From assembly GCA_046541875.1 (NCBI GenBank), contig JBKHCL010000005.1, positions 1-63,669 on the forward strand: a stretch of DNA of 63,669 nucleotides. The letters are read 5' to 3'. The first letter of the stretch is position 1, and each line of letters opens with the position of its first letter. Under the pieces are notes generated by a model. It had not been told where the DNA came from, did not search any database, and saw only the letters and a program-made list of their open reading frames with translations. Below, one piece after another: positions 1 through 9,481 of this stretch. This DNA is from Phycisphaerae bacterium (GTDB taxonomy: Bacteria > Planctomycetota > Phycisphaerae > SM23-33). A program made the position numbers and the translations under genes.

Positions 1-71
1 GGGCGGTTTGACTTGCTTAAGCATCGCCCCGGGATGGCCGATGGAGGGCTTGGAGGCCCGCCTCGAGCGGG

Positions 72-890
72 ATGGAGGATGGGATGGACATCATGCGGAA
101 ACCCGCTTGGGGTGTCGTCTGCTCGCTGACGGTGCTGACGTTTGTCGGCTGCGCTGAAGAGCAACCGCACGCCCCGGCTGCCGTAATGCCCGCGGCGAGC
201 CCGGCCGAGATGTCGGCCGCCCTGGTGGACGTGCTCGGCGGACCGGTCGATCAACCGGACCTGCAGGCCTACGTGACCTCACTGGGACGACGACTCGCCG
301 CAGACTCGCCCGACCCACACCCGACACGCTTCGTTCTGGTTCGCTCCGCTCGGCTGAACGCCTTTGCCGCGCCCGACGGCAGGGTCGTGCTCTGTGCGGG
401 CCTGCTGGACGCCCTGCCCCGGGAGCGAGCGCTGGCGGCGGTGCTGGCACACGAAATCGGGCACGTTCGCGCCGGCCACGTCGGGGCGCTGCTGGAAGTG
501 CACCGATGCGAACTCTCGCCGGCCCGCCGAGGGGCACTGCAGTTTCTGGAGCGTCGCTTCACCCCCGCCCAGGAACACCAGGCCGACACGATCGCACTGC
601 ATCTTCTGTCGCGGGCGGGCATCGATCCGCGAGGGTTGGCCGAGGCCCTCACCGTCCTGCAGCAGCATCGGCAGCGCTGCCGGACGGCCGCACTATCCCG
701 GCCTGGCACGCACCCGCTGACGATGGACCGCATCCGCCGCATTCATCGGTTGACGGTTGCCCTGGACCCGGTGCGATTGGCCGAGCCACCCGAGCGCACA
801 CGAAAGCGGTTCCACGCGATGCAGCGTCGGCTGACCCTCTGGCGAAGCTCGGCCGACGCCCTCAAACGAAGAACCGCTTTGCGGGAGTAG
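72..890 (+). CDS. M48-family zinc metalloprotease, probable lipoprotein
   Basis: NAFAAPDG, LAAVLAHEIGH (HExxH), EHQAD and THP motifs; FVGC lipobox-like N-terminus; start could be a few codons later. Confidence 0.8.
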   Translation: MEDGMDIMRKPAWGVVCSLTVLTFVGCAEEQPHAPAAVMPAASPAEMSAALVDVLGGPVDQPDLQAYVTSLGRRLAADSPDPHPTRFVLVRSARLNAFAAPDGRVVLCAGLLDALPRERALAAVLAHEIGHVRAGHVGALLEVHRCELSPARRGALQFLERRFTPAQEHQADTIALHLLSRAGIDPRGLAEALTVLQQHRQRCRTAALSRPGTHPLTMDRIRRIHRLTVALDPVRLAEPPERTRKRFHAMQRRLTLWRSSADALKRRTALRE

Positions 891-908
891 CTCGTCTGGG
901 GGGAGGCG

Positions 909-1889
909 TCAGAACCGCCAACTCACCTGTGCCCCGACGTAGGCACCGTCGCGGAGTTTCACGCGGTTCACGTCGCGGTCGTCGTATTCCTCTTCCTCGT
1001 ACCAGTGTCGGTCGAACGCCCAGCCGCCGGAGAGATCCAGCGAGACGTTCTCCATCAGCTCGATCTTCACGCCGCCGCCGACACGCTTTTCGTAGTAGGT
1101 CAGCTTCCAGTCGTCGTCGGGGCGGTCGTAGCGGAAGAAGTGCTCGTTGTCCCACTCGAAGAGGCCGTAAATCTGCAGCGTGTCGGTCAGGTCGTAGCTG
1201 ACCTTCGCGTGGACGTTCCGCAGGACCATGTAGCGGGCCGAGACGGTAAGCTTCTCGATGAGCGTCCACCGAACCGACGAGAACGGGAAGCCGGCCACGA
1301 TATTGAGATCGTCATTGGGCACCCACTGGTAGGCCGCTCCGGGCAGCGGGATGTACGGCGCGAAGTCTCGCGTGTTGCTCCAGGCGAGAAAGCCCAGGAA
1401 GGCGTTTTTCTCACCGTGCGGAATGCGGATGAATCCGCGGGCCGAGACCGCCACTTCGTCGCCGCTGTGGAAGGGCTTGTCGGACGGCGAGCCCACCTCG
1501 ACGGTGGCGCCCCACAGCCAGTCGTTGTCCAGCTTCGCGCGGTAGCTGGTGCCCACGCGGATATCGTGCAGGCAGGAGGGGAACTCGTCACCGGTGTCGG
1601 GCAGCACAGCGGCCGTATCGATGTCCCAGGCGCCGTAGCTGGCGAACATCAGCCATTCCTGCCTCTGGTCCTGGTGCAGCGGGACCGAGACAGCCATCTC
1701 GTGGCGCATCATGCCCACTTCCTCGGACTGGTCCTTGGCGTCGCGGTCGCAGTAGCCGCGAAAGGTGTACGTGATATCGGTTTTCGCGTTGCCCAGCCGG
1801 GGGTTCAACCAGGATCGGGCGTCCTGGGCGAGAGCGGCGGAGGTCAGGCACAGCAACATCCCTGCAGCAACCAGTCGTTTGGCGTCCAT
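909..1889 (-). CDS. Outer-membrane beta-barrel protein (DUF6268-like)
   Basis: Signal peptide, alternating aromatic beta-strand pattern, C-terminal VSWRF (terminal Phe). Confidence 0.65.
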   Translation of the reverse strand: MDAKRLVAAGMLLCLTSAALAQDARSWLNPRLGNAKTDITYTFRGYCDRDAKDQSEEVGMMRHEMAVSVPLHQDQRQEWLMFASYGAWDIDTAAVLPDTGDEFPSCLHDIRVGTSYRAKLDNDWLWGATVEVGSPSDKPFHSGDEVAVSARGFIRIPHGEKNAFLGFLAWSNTRDFAPYIPLPGAAYQWVPNDDLNIVAGFPFSSVRWTLIEKLTVSARYMVLRNVHAKVSYDLTDTLQIYGLFEWDNEHFFRYDRPDDDWKLTYYEKRVGGGVKIELMENVSLDLSGGWAFDRHWYEEEEYDDRDVNRVKLRDGAYVGAQVSWRF

Positions 1890-1917
1890 GTGGGTCCTTT
1901 CGTTTCGTTGCGAGGAG

Positions 1918-2889
1918 TCAGTCCTTTTCCCTGTGTTCCGAGCCGCCGTAGCGATCCCGCAGGACCTTGGCGTAGGGCGAGTCGGGATACGTTCGGATGA
2001 GCCGGCGATACTTCCGGATGGCCGCCTTGCGGGCGCCGGCCTTTTCGAGTGCTTTGCCCGCGTGGTAGAGTTCCTCGATGGCCTGGCGACGACGGAGCTT
2101 TTCCAGTCCGGCCGCGAAGATCTCGTCGTCCCGCAGGATCAGCAGGTCTTCCAGGACGGCTCCGCCGGTGTCGGTGGCGGGGTAGCGATTCACGACGGCC
2201 TCCATCGCGTCGATGACCGTGAGCAGCTTCTCGCCCTCCAGCCGACGAATGACCTCGACGCGCGAGATCTCGGCCGGCGCGTTGGCATCCGGAGCGTTGG
2301 CGTCGTTCGGGTCGGAGTGGAGTTTCGATCGCGACTCACTGAGCTTTGCCCGCTGTGCGGACAGGATCTCGTTGGCGTCGGTCAGCATGATCGCGGCGAG
2401 TTTCTCGGGGTCGTAGTCGTCGCGGCGGGTGTCCTTGCGCATGCGGATGAATGCGGCGCGGGCCTTGTCGGCGCAGGGGAGCTTTCCGAACCGGGCGATG
2501 ATCGCGCGATACTCGCGGATCGCCTTTCGGCTGGAACCGGCGGTTTCGAGGTTCTCGGCTTGGACGAGCTGCTTTCGGCCGACGCGCTCGAGCTGCTCGT
2601 AGAGATCGAGCACCTTCCTGCGGAGTTCCCTGGTTATGGCGTTGGCGGCGGCCTTGTCGGTCTGAATGCGAGCCCGGCGGTAGCGGGCCTCTGCGAAGCT
2701 CTCCGTGGCGAGCTTGAGAAACTCACGAGCCCGCTTCGGGCTGCCCGCGGGGGAGTTGTCCTGAACGGCAGGGTCGATCGAGACGCGCCTGCCATCCTGG
2801 AGACTCTGCCCTTTGACGCGCACGCCCTGCCCGCTCGCAACGGCGACAGCCGTCATCAGGATCATCATCGCGGCTGTTGCTCGTGACAT
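1918..2889 (-). CDS. Exported helical/TPR-like hypothetical protein
   Basis: Start MSRATAAM with GGAG RBS; signal peptide; repeated 'KAIREYRAII..F / AAIRKYRRLI..YP' TPR-like helices. Confidence 0.6.
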   Translation of the reverse strand: MSRATAAMMILMTAVAVASGQGVRVKGQSLQDGRRVSIDPAVQDNSPAGSPKRAREFLKLATESFAEARYRRARIQTDKAAANAITRELRRKVLDLYEQLERVGRKQLVQAENLETAGSSRKAIREYRAIIARFGKLPCADKARAAFIRMRKDTRRDDYDPEKLAAIMLTDANEILSAQRAKLSESRSKLHSDPNDANAPDANAPAEISRVEVIRRLEGEKLLTVIDAMEAVVNRYPATDTGGAVLEDLLILRDDEIFAAGLEKLRRRQAIEELYHAGKALEKAGARKAAIRKYRRLIRTYPDSPYAKVLRDRYGGSEHREKD

Positions 2890-3030
2890 GGTTATCTCCC
2901 GGCCCGGCAGCCTGGTCGGTCGGCGACCGCTCGGGCCAAGCCTGGTTCTCTCGCGCAACGTCGACGGTCGGTCTGATCGCCCTGTTTTCTCATGATAGGC
3001 CGAATGCGCTGCCGCGGCGGCAGAATGTTT

Positions 3031-5472
3031 CTATCGCGCCTGCCGGAAGGCCGCCACCAACGAGCGGACCAGCTCACTGTCGTCCTCGGCCAACCGGCGG
3101 ATATTGCGGCGGAACGAGACCTGATCGTCGCTGCCGACGATCTCCACCAGACGAAGGCGGACATACGGCGAGGGATCGTCGAACGTCCCGCCCAGCAGCT
3201 TCTTTGTGGTGGGGTTGAGCTTCACGAACCGCAACGCGCCCAGCAGCTCAGCCCGCACGGCAAAGGAGGGCTGCTTGTCGGGGTCCAGCAGTTCGCGCAT
3301 CATCGACATCGCATAGCCGCTGAGCCACTGCTTGCGGACGCCCTCGGGCGCGCTGAGCTTGCCGGCGTCGACGCGTTGTGCCATCGCCAGCAGGCTCCCG
3401 GCGATGCGGGCCGACCGCATCCGTTTGGCTGTGTCCCCCCGCCGCATGTCCCGCACGATGTGGGCGACGAGATACAGGAACGAGTCCTTCGCCGTGGACC
3501 GCTTGGCGGTGGGGTACAGCTCCGCCAGCGGCCGACGGGTGACCTTGACCGGCGCGACCGGGACCGTCGGGAGCGGGGTGTACAGCTTCGTGGTGTCCTT
3601 CTTCTCGACAACGACGGGGTCCATGATCGCCTCGATGGTCAGCGTGATCGACTCCATCGGCCGACTCATCAACTCGCCCCGCAGAAGCCCGACGTTCACG
3701 TGCCCCCGCTGGGAGATCGACTCACCCGGCTGGAGGTATCGCGGGGAGGGCAGGGTGACCATCGGCAAGCGATCGAACGTGATTTTCTTGCCGGCCGGGT
3801 CTTCAAGGGAGACCCGCAAAGCGAAGGCCGGGCTCAGCAGGCCCCAGTTGCCCATCGGAATGGCCAGCTTGCCGGTGTTCTTCAGCGTGATGTCCACCTC
3901 GATATTCTCGGTGGGGAACGCCGCTTCACGCACGGGCTTGACCGTCACAGCCAGCATTTTCTCCGGCTGGGTCCAGGCGGGCAGATAGGTCTCGATGAGC
4001 TCCTTGACGTCCGCCTTGAGACGGTCGACCGACTCGCCGGGCGGAATCTCGGCGTCGTGCTTTTGAACCACTCTTCGCAGGTGCCGGAACGCCCAGCCGC
4101 GCCGCGTCATGCGCGCCGCCTGGCGCACCGCCTTGGCGGCGTCGCGGAGCTTGGACTCACCGTAGTAGTAGTCGGCCAAAAATGCGCTTGCCCAGACCGA
4201 GTTGGGCATCGCCTTGCGCAGGAGTTTCTCGCCGGCGTCCGCCTGGCCGTTCTTGATGCGCAGCATGCCCGCCAGTGCCTGGATGTCCGGGTTGTCGGTG
4301 TCGATCCGCTCGGAAATGCGGATAAACGGGGCCGCCGCGCTCCAGTTGTCCACGGTGATCGCGTGGAACATCGCGATCTGCCGGGCCACTTGGATGGACG
4401 TTTCCGCCTTTTCGGCGAGGGATTCATAATCGCTCGCGACGCTCTGAACCAGCTTGGCAGCGTTGGCATCGCTGCCGGCCAGGCGATAGGCCTCGATCAT
4501 CTGAACTCGCAGGTCCCACGGCTCGTGGATGTTCTTGACCATGAACACCGGCTCGTACCCGTCGAGGCGATCGGCGAAGGTCTTCACCACGCGGGTCGGC
4601 TCGTTGGCGTCGAGCATCGCCCCGGCGTAGTTCAGCACGTACTCCGTGGGCACATCGCCGCCGGAGGTCTTGCGCTGAGAGACCAGCCAGGCGTAGTCCA
4701 GAAACGCCAGCGCGTCGTCGTGGACGCCCTGGCTGCCCAGCGTGCCGCCCAGCGACCACGCCGCCTGGGCGCTCATCGGGTTGCCCCGGAGCATCTTGAC
4801 CTGGAGAGGAACCAGACGGGTCGGGTCGTTTTCGCCACGGATCCGGGCCAGTTCACTGATGGCTGTGGGGTTCAGCGGGTCCTGCTTCAGCGCCTCCTCC
4901 AAGGCTGAGGTCGCCGCCCGCTGGAGACCCTGCCGCGAAAGCAGCAACCCCTGGCGGGCCCTGGCCTCGGCGCGTAACGGCCGGGGAAGCCGGTCGCGCT
5001 GAGCGACGTCGGCGAGGAAGTCGTGACGGGCCTGGGCGCCCTGCATCAACACCAGGCTGCGGTCCAGCCAGCGCAGCCCCGCGGAGTAATCGTTCGGATC
5101 GGCCCGCAGGCAGAGCATTGCCTGGTAGGCCGCCTTCTGACGAAAGCCGGTGATCTCCATAAAATCCGCCAGCATGCGATGCACGCCGCAGTCGGTGGGG
5201 TCCAACTCCTCCGAAGCCATCGCCAGCAATGCCGCTCTGCTGCCGGGAACCTTCGCATCGGGGATCTGCAGGACCCCCCGCGCCGCCAGCCGAAACGACT
5301 CCGCCCCCAAGCCCTTCTCGCGCGAGACCTTCACGGTCAGCGGGCCATTGGCGTCGGGCGACAGGGGTTGGGCGACCGGGTCGTTCGGGGTGACCGGCCG
5401 GGACTCGACGTTCTGGGCGAACGCGACGTTCGCCAGGAGACACAAAGAGAGGACCACAGCAAGGCGTTTCAT
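3031..5472 (-). CDS. Large exported TPR protein with C-terminal HEAT-like repeats
   Basis: Start MKRLAVV with GGAG RBS; AFA signal-peptide cleavage site; TPR-like segments (ALKQDPLNPTA); HEAT-like 'DDPSPYVRLRLVE..LAEDDSELVR'. Confidence 0.65.
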   Translation of the reverse strand: MKRLAVVLSLCLLANVAFAQNVESRPVTPNDPVAQPLSPDANGPLTVKVSREKGLGAESFRLAARGVLQIPDAKVPGSRAALLAMASEELDPTDCGVHRMLADFMEITGFRQKAAYQAMLCLRADPNDYSAGLRWLDRSLVLMQGAQARHDFLADVAQRDRLPRPLRAEARARQGLLLSRQGLQRAATSALEEALKQDPLNPTAISELARIRGENDPTRLVPLQVKMLRGNPMSAQAAWSLGGTLGSQGVHDDALAFLDYAWLVSQRKTSGGDVPTEYVLNYAGAMLDANEPTRVVKTFADRLDGYEPVFMVKNIHEPWDLRVQMIEAYRLAGSDANAAKLVQSVASDYESLAEKAETSIQVARQIAMFHAITVDNWSAAAPFIRISERIDTDNPDIQALAGMLRIKNGQADAGEKLLRKAMPNSVWASAFLADYYYGESKLRDAAKAVRQAARMTRRGWAFRHLRRVVQKHDAEIPPGESVDRLKADVKELIETYLPAWTQPEKMLAVTVKPVREAAFPTENIEVDITLKNTGKLAIPMGNWGLLSPAFALRVSLEDPAGKKITFDRLPMVTLPSPRYLQPGESISQRGHVNVGLLRGELMSRPMESITLTIEAIMDPVVVEKKDTTKLYTPLPTVPVAPVKVTRRPLAELYPTAKRSTAKDSFLYLVAHIVRDMRRGDTAKRMRSARIAGSLLAMAQRVDAGKLSAPEGVRKQWLSGYAMSMMRELLDPDKQPSFAVRAELLGALRFVKLNPTTKKLLGGTFDDPSPYVRLRLVEIVGSDDQVSFRRNIRRLAEDDSELVRSLVAAFRQAR

Positions 5473-5636
5473 GAGTATGCTCCGAAATCCTGGTTGCCTG
5501 AGACTTGTCCACCGCGTGGCAGCCCGTTGCGTGGACATTCTGCTCCTGCACACGGACTGAAAGCTCGTTCCGCACGATGTAATGATACCATGGACGCGCT
5601 TCGCCCGCCCGTTCAAACCGCCAACGAAACCGATTG

Positions 5637-7052
5637 TCAGTTCGTCTTGCCCGCTTGGCGCTGGGCTGCCGGCGGACCGGCGGAGGGCGAAAGCTTCGTC
5701 AACCCCCACCACACCAGCAGGCCGGCTGCCAGCAGAATCATCGACGTGACCTGGTTATGCGTGAGCACCCCGCGGGTGATGTCGTGCGGGTTGTCCGCCC
5801 GGATCGATTCCAGCACGAACCGACTGATCGGGTAAAGAATCAGCATCAGCACGAACACCTGACCCTCCCGCCATCGAAGCCGATAGAACCCGCTGAGAAT
5901 CCCGGCGATCAGCAACGCGTTGATCAGCCCCAGCAGTTGGGCCGGCTGAACCGGCTCGGCGTGGGCTTCGTGGGCGATGGCGTACTGGCTGGCCTGGAGA
6001 AAGTCGTTGGCCGAGGCGGCTTCTTCGGGCCCGAGTCTCCCGTCGTTGTCGGTATCGAAGGTCGCCAGCATCCACGCCCGCCGCTGGCCGTAAAACGCCT
6101 TGAACTCCGGCAGCGTGATCTGCCCGTCCTGCCGGTGGGTTTGCACCCCGTCGAACAGCATCGCCTGGTCCCACGTCTCGCTGCCTCGCAGAACTCCGTC
6201 GGCCTTCCGGGCGGCCTGCTCCCATTCCGCCCGGGAGATCAGTCGGTCCTCGCCGGCGATCTTCGCGAACGCCTTTTCCAGGTCGGGCAGGGGCAGTTGA
6301 TAGGGTTCCACCTGGTCGGCGGTGAGCTTACCGTGATACATCCCCGGCGGGGTGAGCACGGGGATCGTCACGCGCCGCCCTTCGTGGTCGACCACACGCG
6401 GGCCGGCCAGCGGATTTACCAGCCGGGGGTCCACCTCGACGCGTCCTTCCCGCAGCTGCGCCGCGTATGGCGGGGAGGGACTTTCCATGCCCCGGGAGAA
6501 CGGCGAGTTTCCGTCGCCGAGGTTCACCAGCGGCTCGGAGTACATCGGGAAGTGGCTGGCGAGGGTCCATTCTTCGCTGCAGGCCCCGCCGTAGCAGCAG
6601 CCGTTGAGATAGCATCCGGCCCGGCCGAACGCCAGACCGATCATCATGCTGACCGCGAAGATATCCAGGAACCGGCGGATGGGCAGGCCCTTCAGGCGGA
6701 GGTAGCCCAGCACGAGCACCGTCGCCAGGATGACCCCGCCGAAGTAGATCAGCCCGCCGGAGGTGATATTGAGCATGCCCGCCCAGTCCACCGGACCGCC
6801 GGGGGGAAAATAGACGTCCGCTTTCTCGATGATGTAGGCGATTCGGGCGCCGAGCACGCCACCGATCAGGGCGAGAATACCCACCTGCGGACAATGTTCG
6901 GGGTCCTCGCCATTGCGACGGGCACGCCACTGGGCCAGGTAAATGCCCGTGAGAAACCCGAGCACGAGCATCAACCCATAGCCGTACACCCTCGGGGAGA
7001 TCGTCGTGCCGAACAGCTCGATCGTCCCGAAGTCGATAATGATCTGTCGCAT
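5637..7052 (-). CDS. lgt: Prolipoprotein diacylglyceryl transferase with large insertion
   Basis: YGLML, GARIAY, GGLIYFGG, GRAGCYLNGCCYG and Y-x3-RF-x2-E-x2-R motifs; 471 aa, much longer than typical Lgt. Confidence 0.85.
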   Translation of the reverse strand: MRQIIIDFGTIELFGTTISPRVYGYGLMLVLGFLTGIYLAQWRARRNGEDPEHCPQVGILALIGGVLGARIAYIIEKADVYFPPGGPVDWAGMLNITSGGLIYFGGVILATVLVLGYLRLKGLPIRRFLDIFAVSMMIGLAFGRAGCYLNGCCYGGACSEEWTLASHFPMYSEPLVNLGDGNSPFSRGMESPSPPYAAQLREGRVEVDPRLVNPLAGPRVVDHEGRRVTIPVLTPPGMYHGKLTADQVEPYQLPLPDLEKAFAKIAGEDRLISRAEWEQAARKADGVLRGSETWDQAMLFDGVQTHRQDGQITLPEFKAFYGQRRAWMLATFDTDNDGRLGPEEAASANDFLQASQYAIAHEAHAEPVQPAQLLGLINALLIAGILSGFYRLRWREGQVFVLMLILYPISRFVLESIRADNPHDITRGVLTHNQVTSMILLAAGLLVWWGLTKLSPSAGPPAAQRQAGKTN

Positions 7053-7069
7053 GCGGACGTCCCTGTCGG

Positions 7070-7429
7070 TCAGATCTGGTTGGTCACGCGGTTGTTGCCG
7101 TCGACCAGCGCGATTTTGGGGGTAAGTTCCGCCACCTCGTCCTCCGTGAAGTAGCCAAAGGCCATGATGATGACCTCGTCGCCCGGGGTTACCAGCCGGG
7201 CGGCCGCCCCGTTAATGCAGATGATGCCCGAACCTCGTTCGCCTTCCATGACGTAGGTCTCAAAGCGAGCGCCGTCGGTCATGTCGGCCACCAGGACGCA
7301 CTCCCCGGCCACCAGGCCGGTGGCGTCCATCAAATCGCGGTCGATGGTGATCGAACCGACATATTCGATCTTCGCCTCGGTCACGGTGGCACGGTGGATC
7401 TTTGCTCTCAACACTTTCAGTAACATCAT
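7070..7429 (-). CDS. panD: Aspartate 1-decarboxylase
   Basis: KIHRATVT, YVG-SITID autocleavage site, RFETY, INGAAARL. Confidence 0.97.
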   Translation of the reverse strand: MMLLKVLRAKIHRATVTEAKIEYVGSITIDRDLMDATGLVAGECVLVADMTDGARFETYVMEGERGSGIICINGAAARLVTPGDEVIIMAFGYFTEDEVAELTPKIALVDGNNRVTNQI

Positions 7430-7491
7430 TGTCCTCGATATCGTCTCGGCTGCCCCGAGGGGGTCAAAATCGCATTGTAGACCGGCGGGGC

Positions 7492-8337
7492 TCAGGCGTC
7501 CACCACGATGTTGTCGATGAGACGCGCACCATCAAGTTTCACCGCCAGCGCCAGCAGCGCTGAGCGAGTCTGTTCGGTGACGGGCCCGAGCGTCTCGGCG
7601 TCCCGCACGACGGCGTAGTCGATCTGCCCGTCCGGCACGCGCGCGGCGATCTGCTCGTGCAGCGTCGCCTCCGCCTTGCCGGCCCCGTCGCCGACCCGAA
7701 GACGGTCGGCCGCCGCCTGCAACGCCGCCTGCAACCCCCCCGCCTGCTGCCGGGCCGAGGGAGAGAGGTACTGGTTCCGCGAGGACATCGCCAGCCCGTC
7801 CGGCTCGCGCACCGTCGGGCAGACTTCGATCTCGACCGGCCAATTCAGGTCCATCGCCATCCGGCGAATCACCACGCTCTGCTGATAGTCCTTCGCGCCG
7901 AAGTACGCACGATCGGGCATGACGATGCCGAACAACTTGGCGACCACCGTGCAGACCCCGTCGAAATGCCCGGGTCGCGACGCACCGCACAGGATCTCGC
8001 TCACGCCGGAGACATGCACGGTGGTGGCGAACCCCTCGGGGTACATCTCCGCCGCCGAGGGCGCGAACACCACGTCCACCCCGCGATCCCGACAGCCGAC
8101 GGCGTCGGCATCCAGCGTGCGCGGGTACGATTCGTAGTCCTCGCCCGGGCCGAACTGTGTGGGGTTCACGAACACGCTGACCACCACGAAATCGCACCCC
8201 TCGCGGGCGGCATCGATGAGGCTGAAATGCCCTTCGTGCAGATTGCCCATCGTCGGAACGAAACCGATGCACTTGCCCGCCCGCCGAGCCGATGTGACCG
8301 CCGAGCGGACCTCCTGAATCGTGTGCACAATCTTCAT
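7492..8337 (-). CDS. panC: Pantoate--beta-alanine ligase
   Basis: GFVPTMGNLHEGH, FVNPTQF, RPGHF, FGAKDYQQ, AMSSRN, RLIDN; ATGA overlap with the upstream kinase. Confidence 0.97.
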   Translation of the reverse strand: MKIVHTIQEVRSAVTSARRAGKCIGFVPTMGNLHEGHFSLIDAAREGCDFVVVSVFVNPTQFGPGEDYESYPRTLDADAVGCRDRGVDVVFAPSAAEMYPEGFATTVHVSGVSEILCGASRPGHFDGVCTVVAKLFGIVMPDRAYFGAKDYQQSVVIRRMAMDLNWPVEIEVCPTVREPDGLAMSSRNQYLSPSARQQAGGLQAALQAAADRLRVGDGAGKAEATLHEQIAARVPDGQIDYAVVRDAETLGPVTEQTRSALLALAVKLDGARLIDNIVVDA

Positions 8338-8945
8338 CGTTTGCCTGTCTCCCCGGCCAGCATCGCCAATACGTGCGTTTCGATACGTTCGAGCACCTCG
8401 CCCTGGCGGAAGTCTTCGCCCGAGTCCACCCGCAGCCACGTCTTGGAGTCGGCCTGAGAGGCTCGCTCGTTGTAGGCGTCGCGCAGGTGCTGCAGGAACG
8501 CGTCGCCGAAGGTCCGTTCGAACCCCCGGCCGCGACGGGCGATCCGCCGGCGAAGCACATCCACCGGCGCGTCGAGATGGATGATCACCCCGGCAGTGAC
8601 TACCAGCCCGTCCACCTTGGCGGCGAGTTGCTCGTAGGTCTCCAGGTCGGCCCCGGTGAGTTTCGCGCGGGCGTATACGCGGTCCTGCAGGTAGCCGTAA
8701 TCGCTCACGACGATCCCGTCGGCGGGCCAATCGCAGGTGGCCAGTTGCTTCGCGCGGGACATCAGATAATACACCTGCGCAGGCAGGAGCGTATCGGGCT
8801 GACCCTGGTACGAGTCGGCCAGGAACGGGTTGCCCGCGAAGTCCTCGTAGATGACTTTCGCCCCCAGCCGACGCCCCAGCAGGTCGGCCAGCGTGGTCTT
8901 GCCCGACGCCGGCGGGCCGACGATGCTCACCAGCGACGCGCTCAT
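8334..8945 (-). CDS. Deoxynucleoside kinase family protein
   Basis: P-loop GPPASGKTT, NPFLADSY, RIARRGRGFE lid; typical folK-dNK-pan context. Confidence 0.85.
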   Translation of the reverse strand: MSASLVSIVGPPASGKTTLADLLGRRLGAKVIYEDFAGNPFLADSYQGQPDTLLPAQVYYLMSRAKQLATCDWPADGIVVSDYGYLQDRVYARAKLTGADLETYEQLAAKVDGLVVTAGVIIHLDAPVDVLRRRIARRGRGFERTFGDAFLQHLRDAYNERASQADSKTWLRVDSGEDFRQGEVLERIETHVLAMLAGETGKR

Positions 8946-9445
8946 GATTCGCCCTCGCCCGGAAGCTCAGCCAGCAGTTCGACGACCGTCTTGCCAAGGA
9001 TCGGGTGTCGCCACGCCGGGGCGAGTTCCACCAGCGGAGCCAGTACGAATCGCCGCTGGTGCATGCGCGGGTGAGGCACGATCAGCCGGGGCGGATCGTC
9101 GATAACTTCCTCGCCATAGAGCAGCAGGTCCAGGTCGCAGGTTCGCGGGCCGAAACGGACTTCATTCTCGCGATCCCTGCCGAGGTCGGCCTCGATGCCC
9201 TGCAGAACTGCCAGCAACTCATCGGCCTCCAGCGAGGTCTCCAGCACCGCCGCGGCGTTGGTGTAGGCGGGCTGGTCGGGCGGGCCTCCGACGGGTGCGG
9301 TCGTATGGAAGTTCGACCGCGCGGCGACCTTCACGCCGTCGGTTCGCTCGAGGCGTCTCAGCGCGTCTTCGAGCGTTTCACGCGGGCTTCCGACGGGCGA
9401 GGGGCGATTGGCCCCCAGCGCGATGATGGCGTCGGTTTTCGTCAT
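8942..9445 (-). CDS. folK: 2-amino-4-hydroxy-6-hydroxymethyldihydropteridine diphosphokinase
   Basis: IALGAN, FGPRTCDLDLL, PHPRMHQRRFVL. Confidence 0.95.
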   Translation of the reverse strand: MTKTDAIIALGANRPSPVGSPRETLEDALRRLERTDGVKVAARSNFHTTAPVGGPPDQPAYTNAAAVLETSLEADELLAVLQGIEADLGRDRENEVRFGPRTCDLDLLLYGEEVIDDPPRLIVPHPRMHQRRFVLAPLVELAPAWRHPILGKTVVELLAELPGEGES

Positions 9446-9481
9446 GCGCCCCAGTGTAGCAGGTCAACCCGTCGGCTGCAC

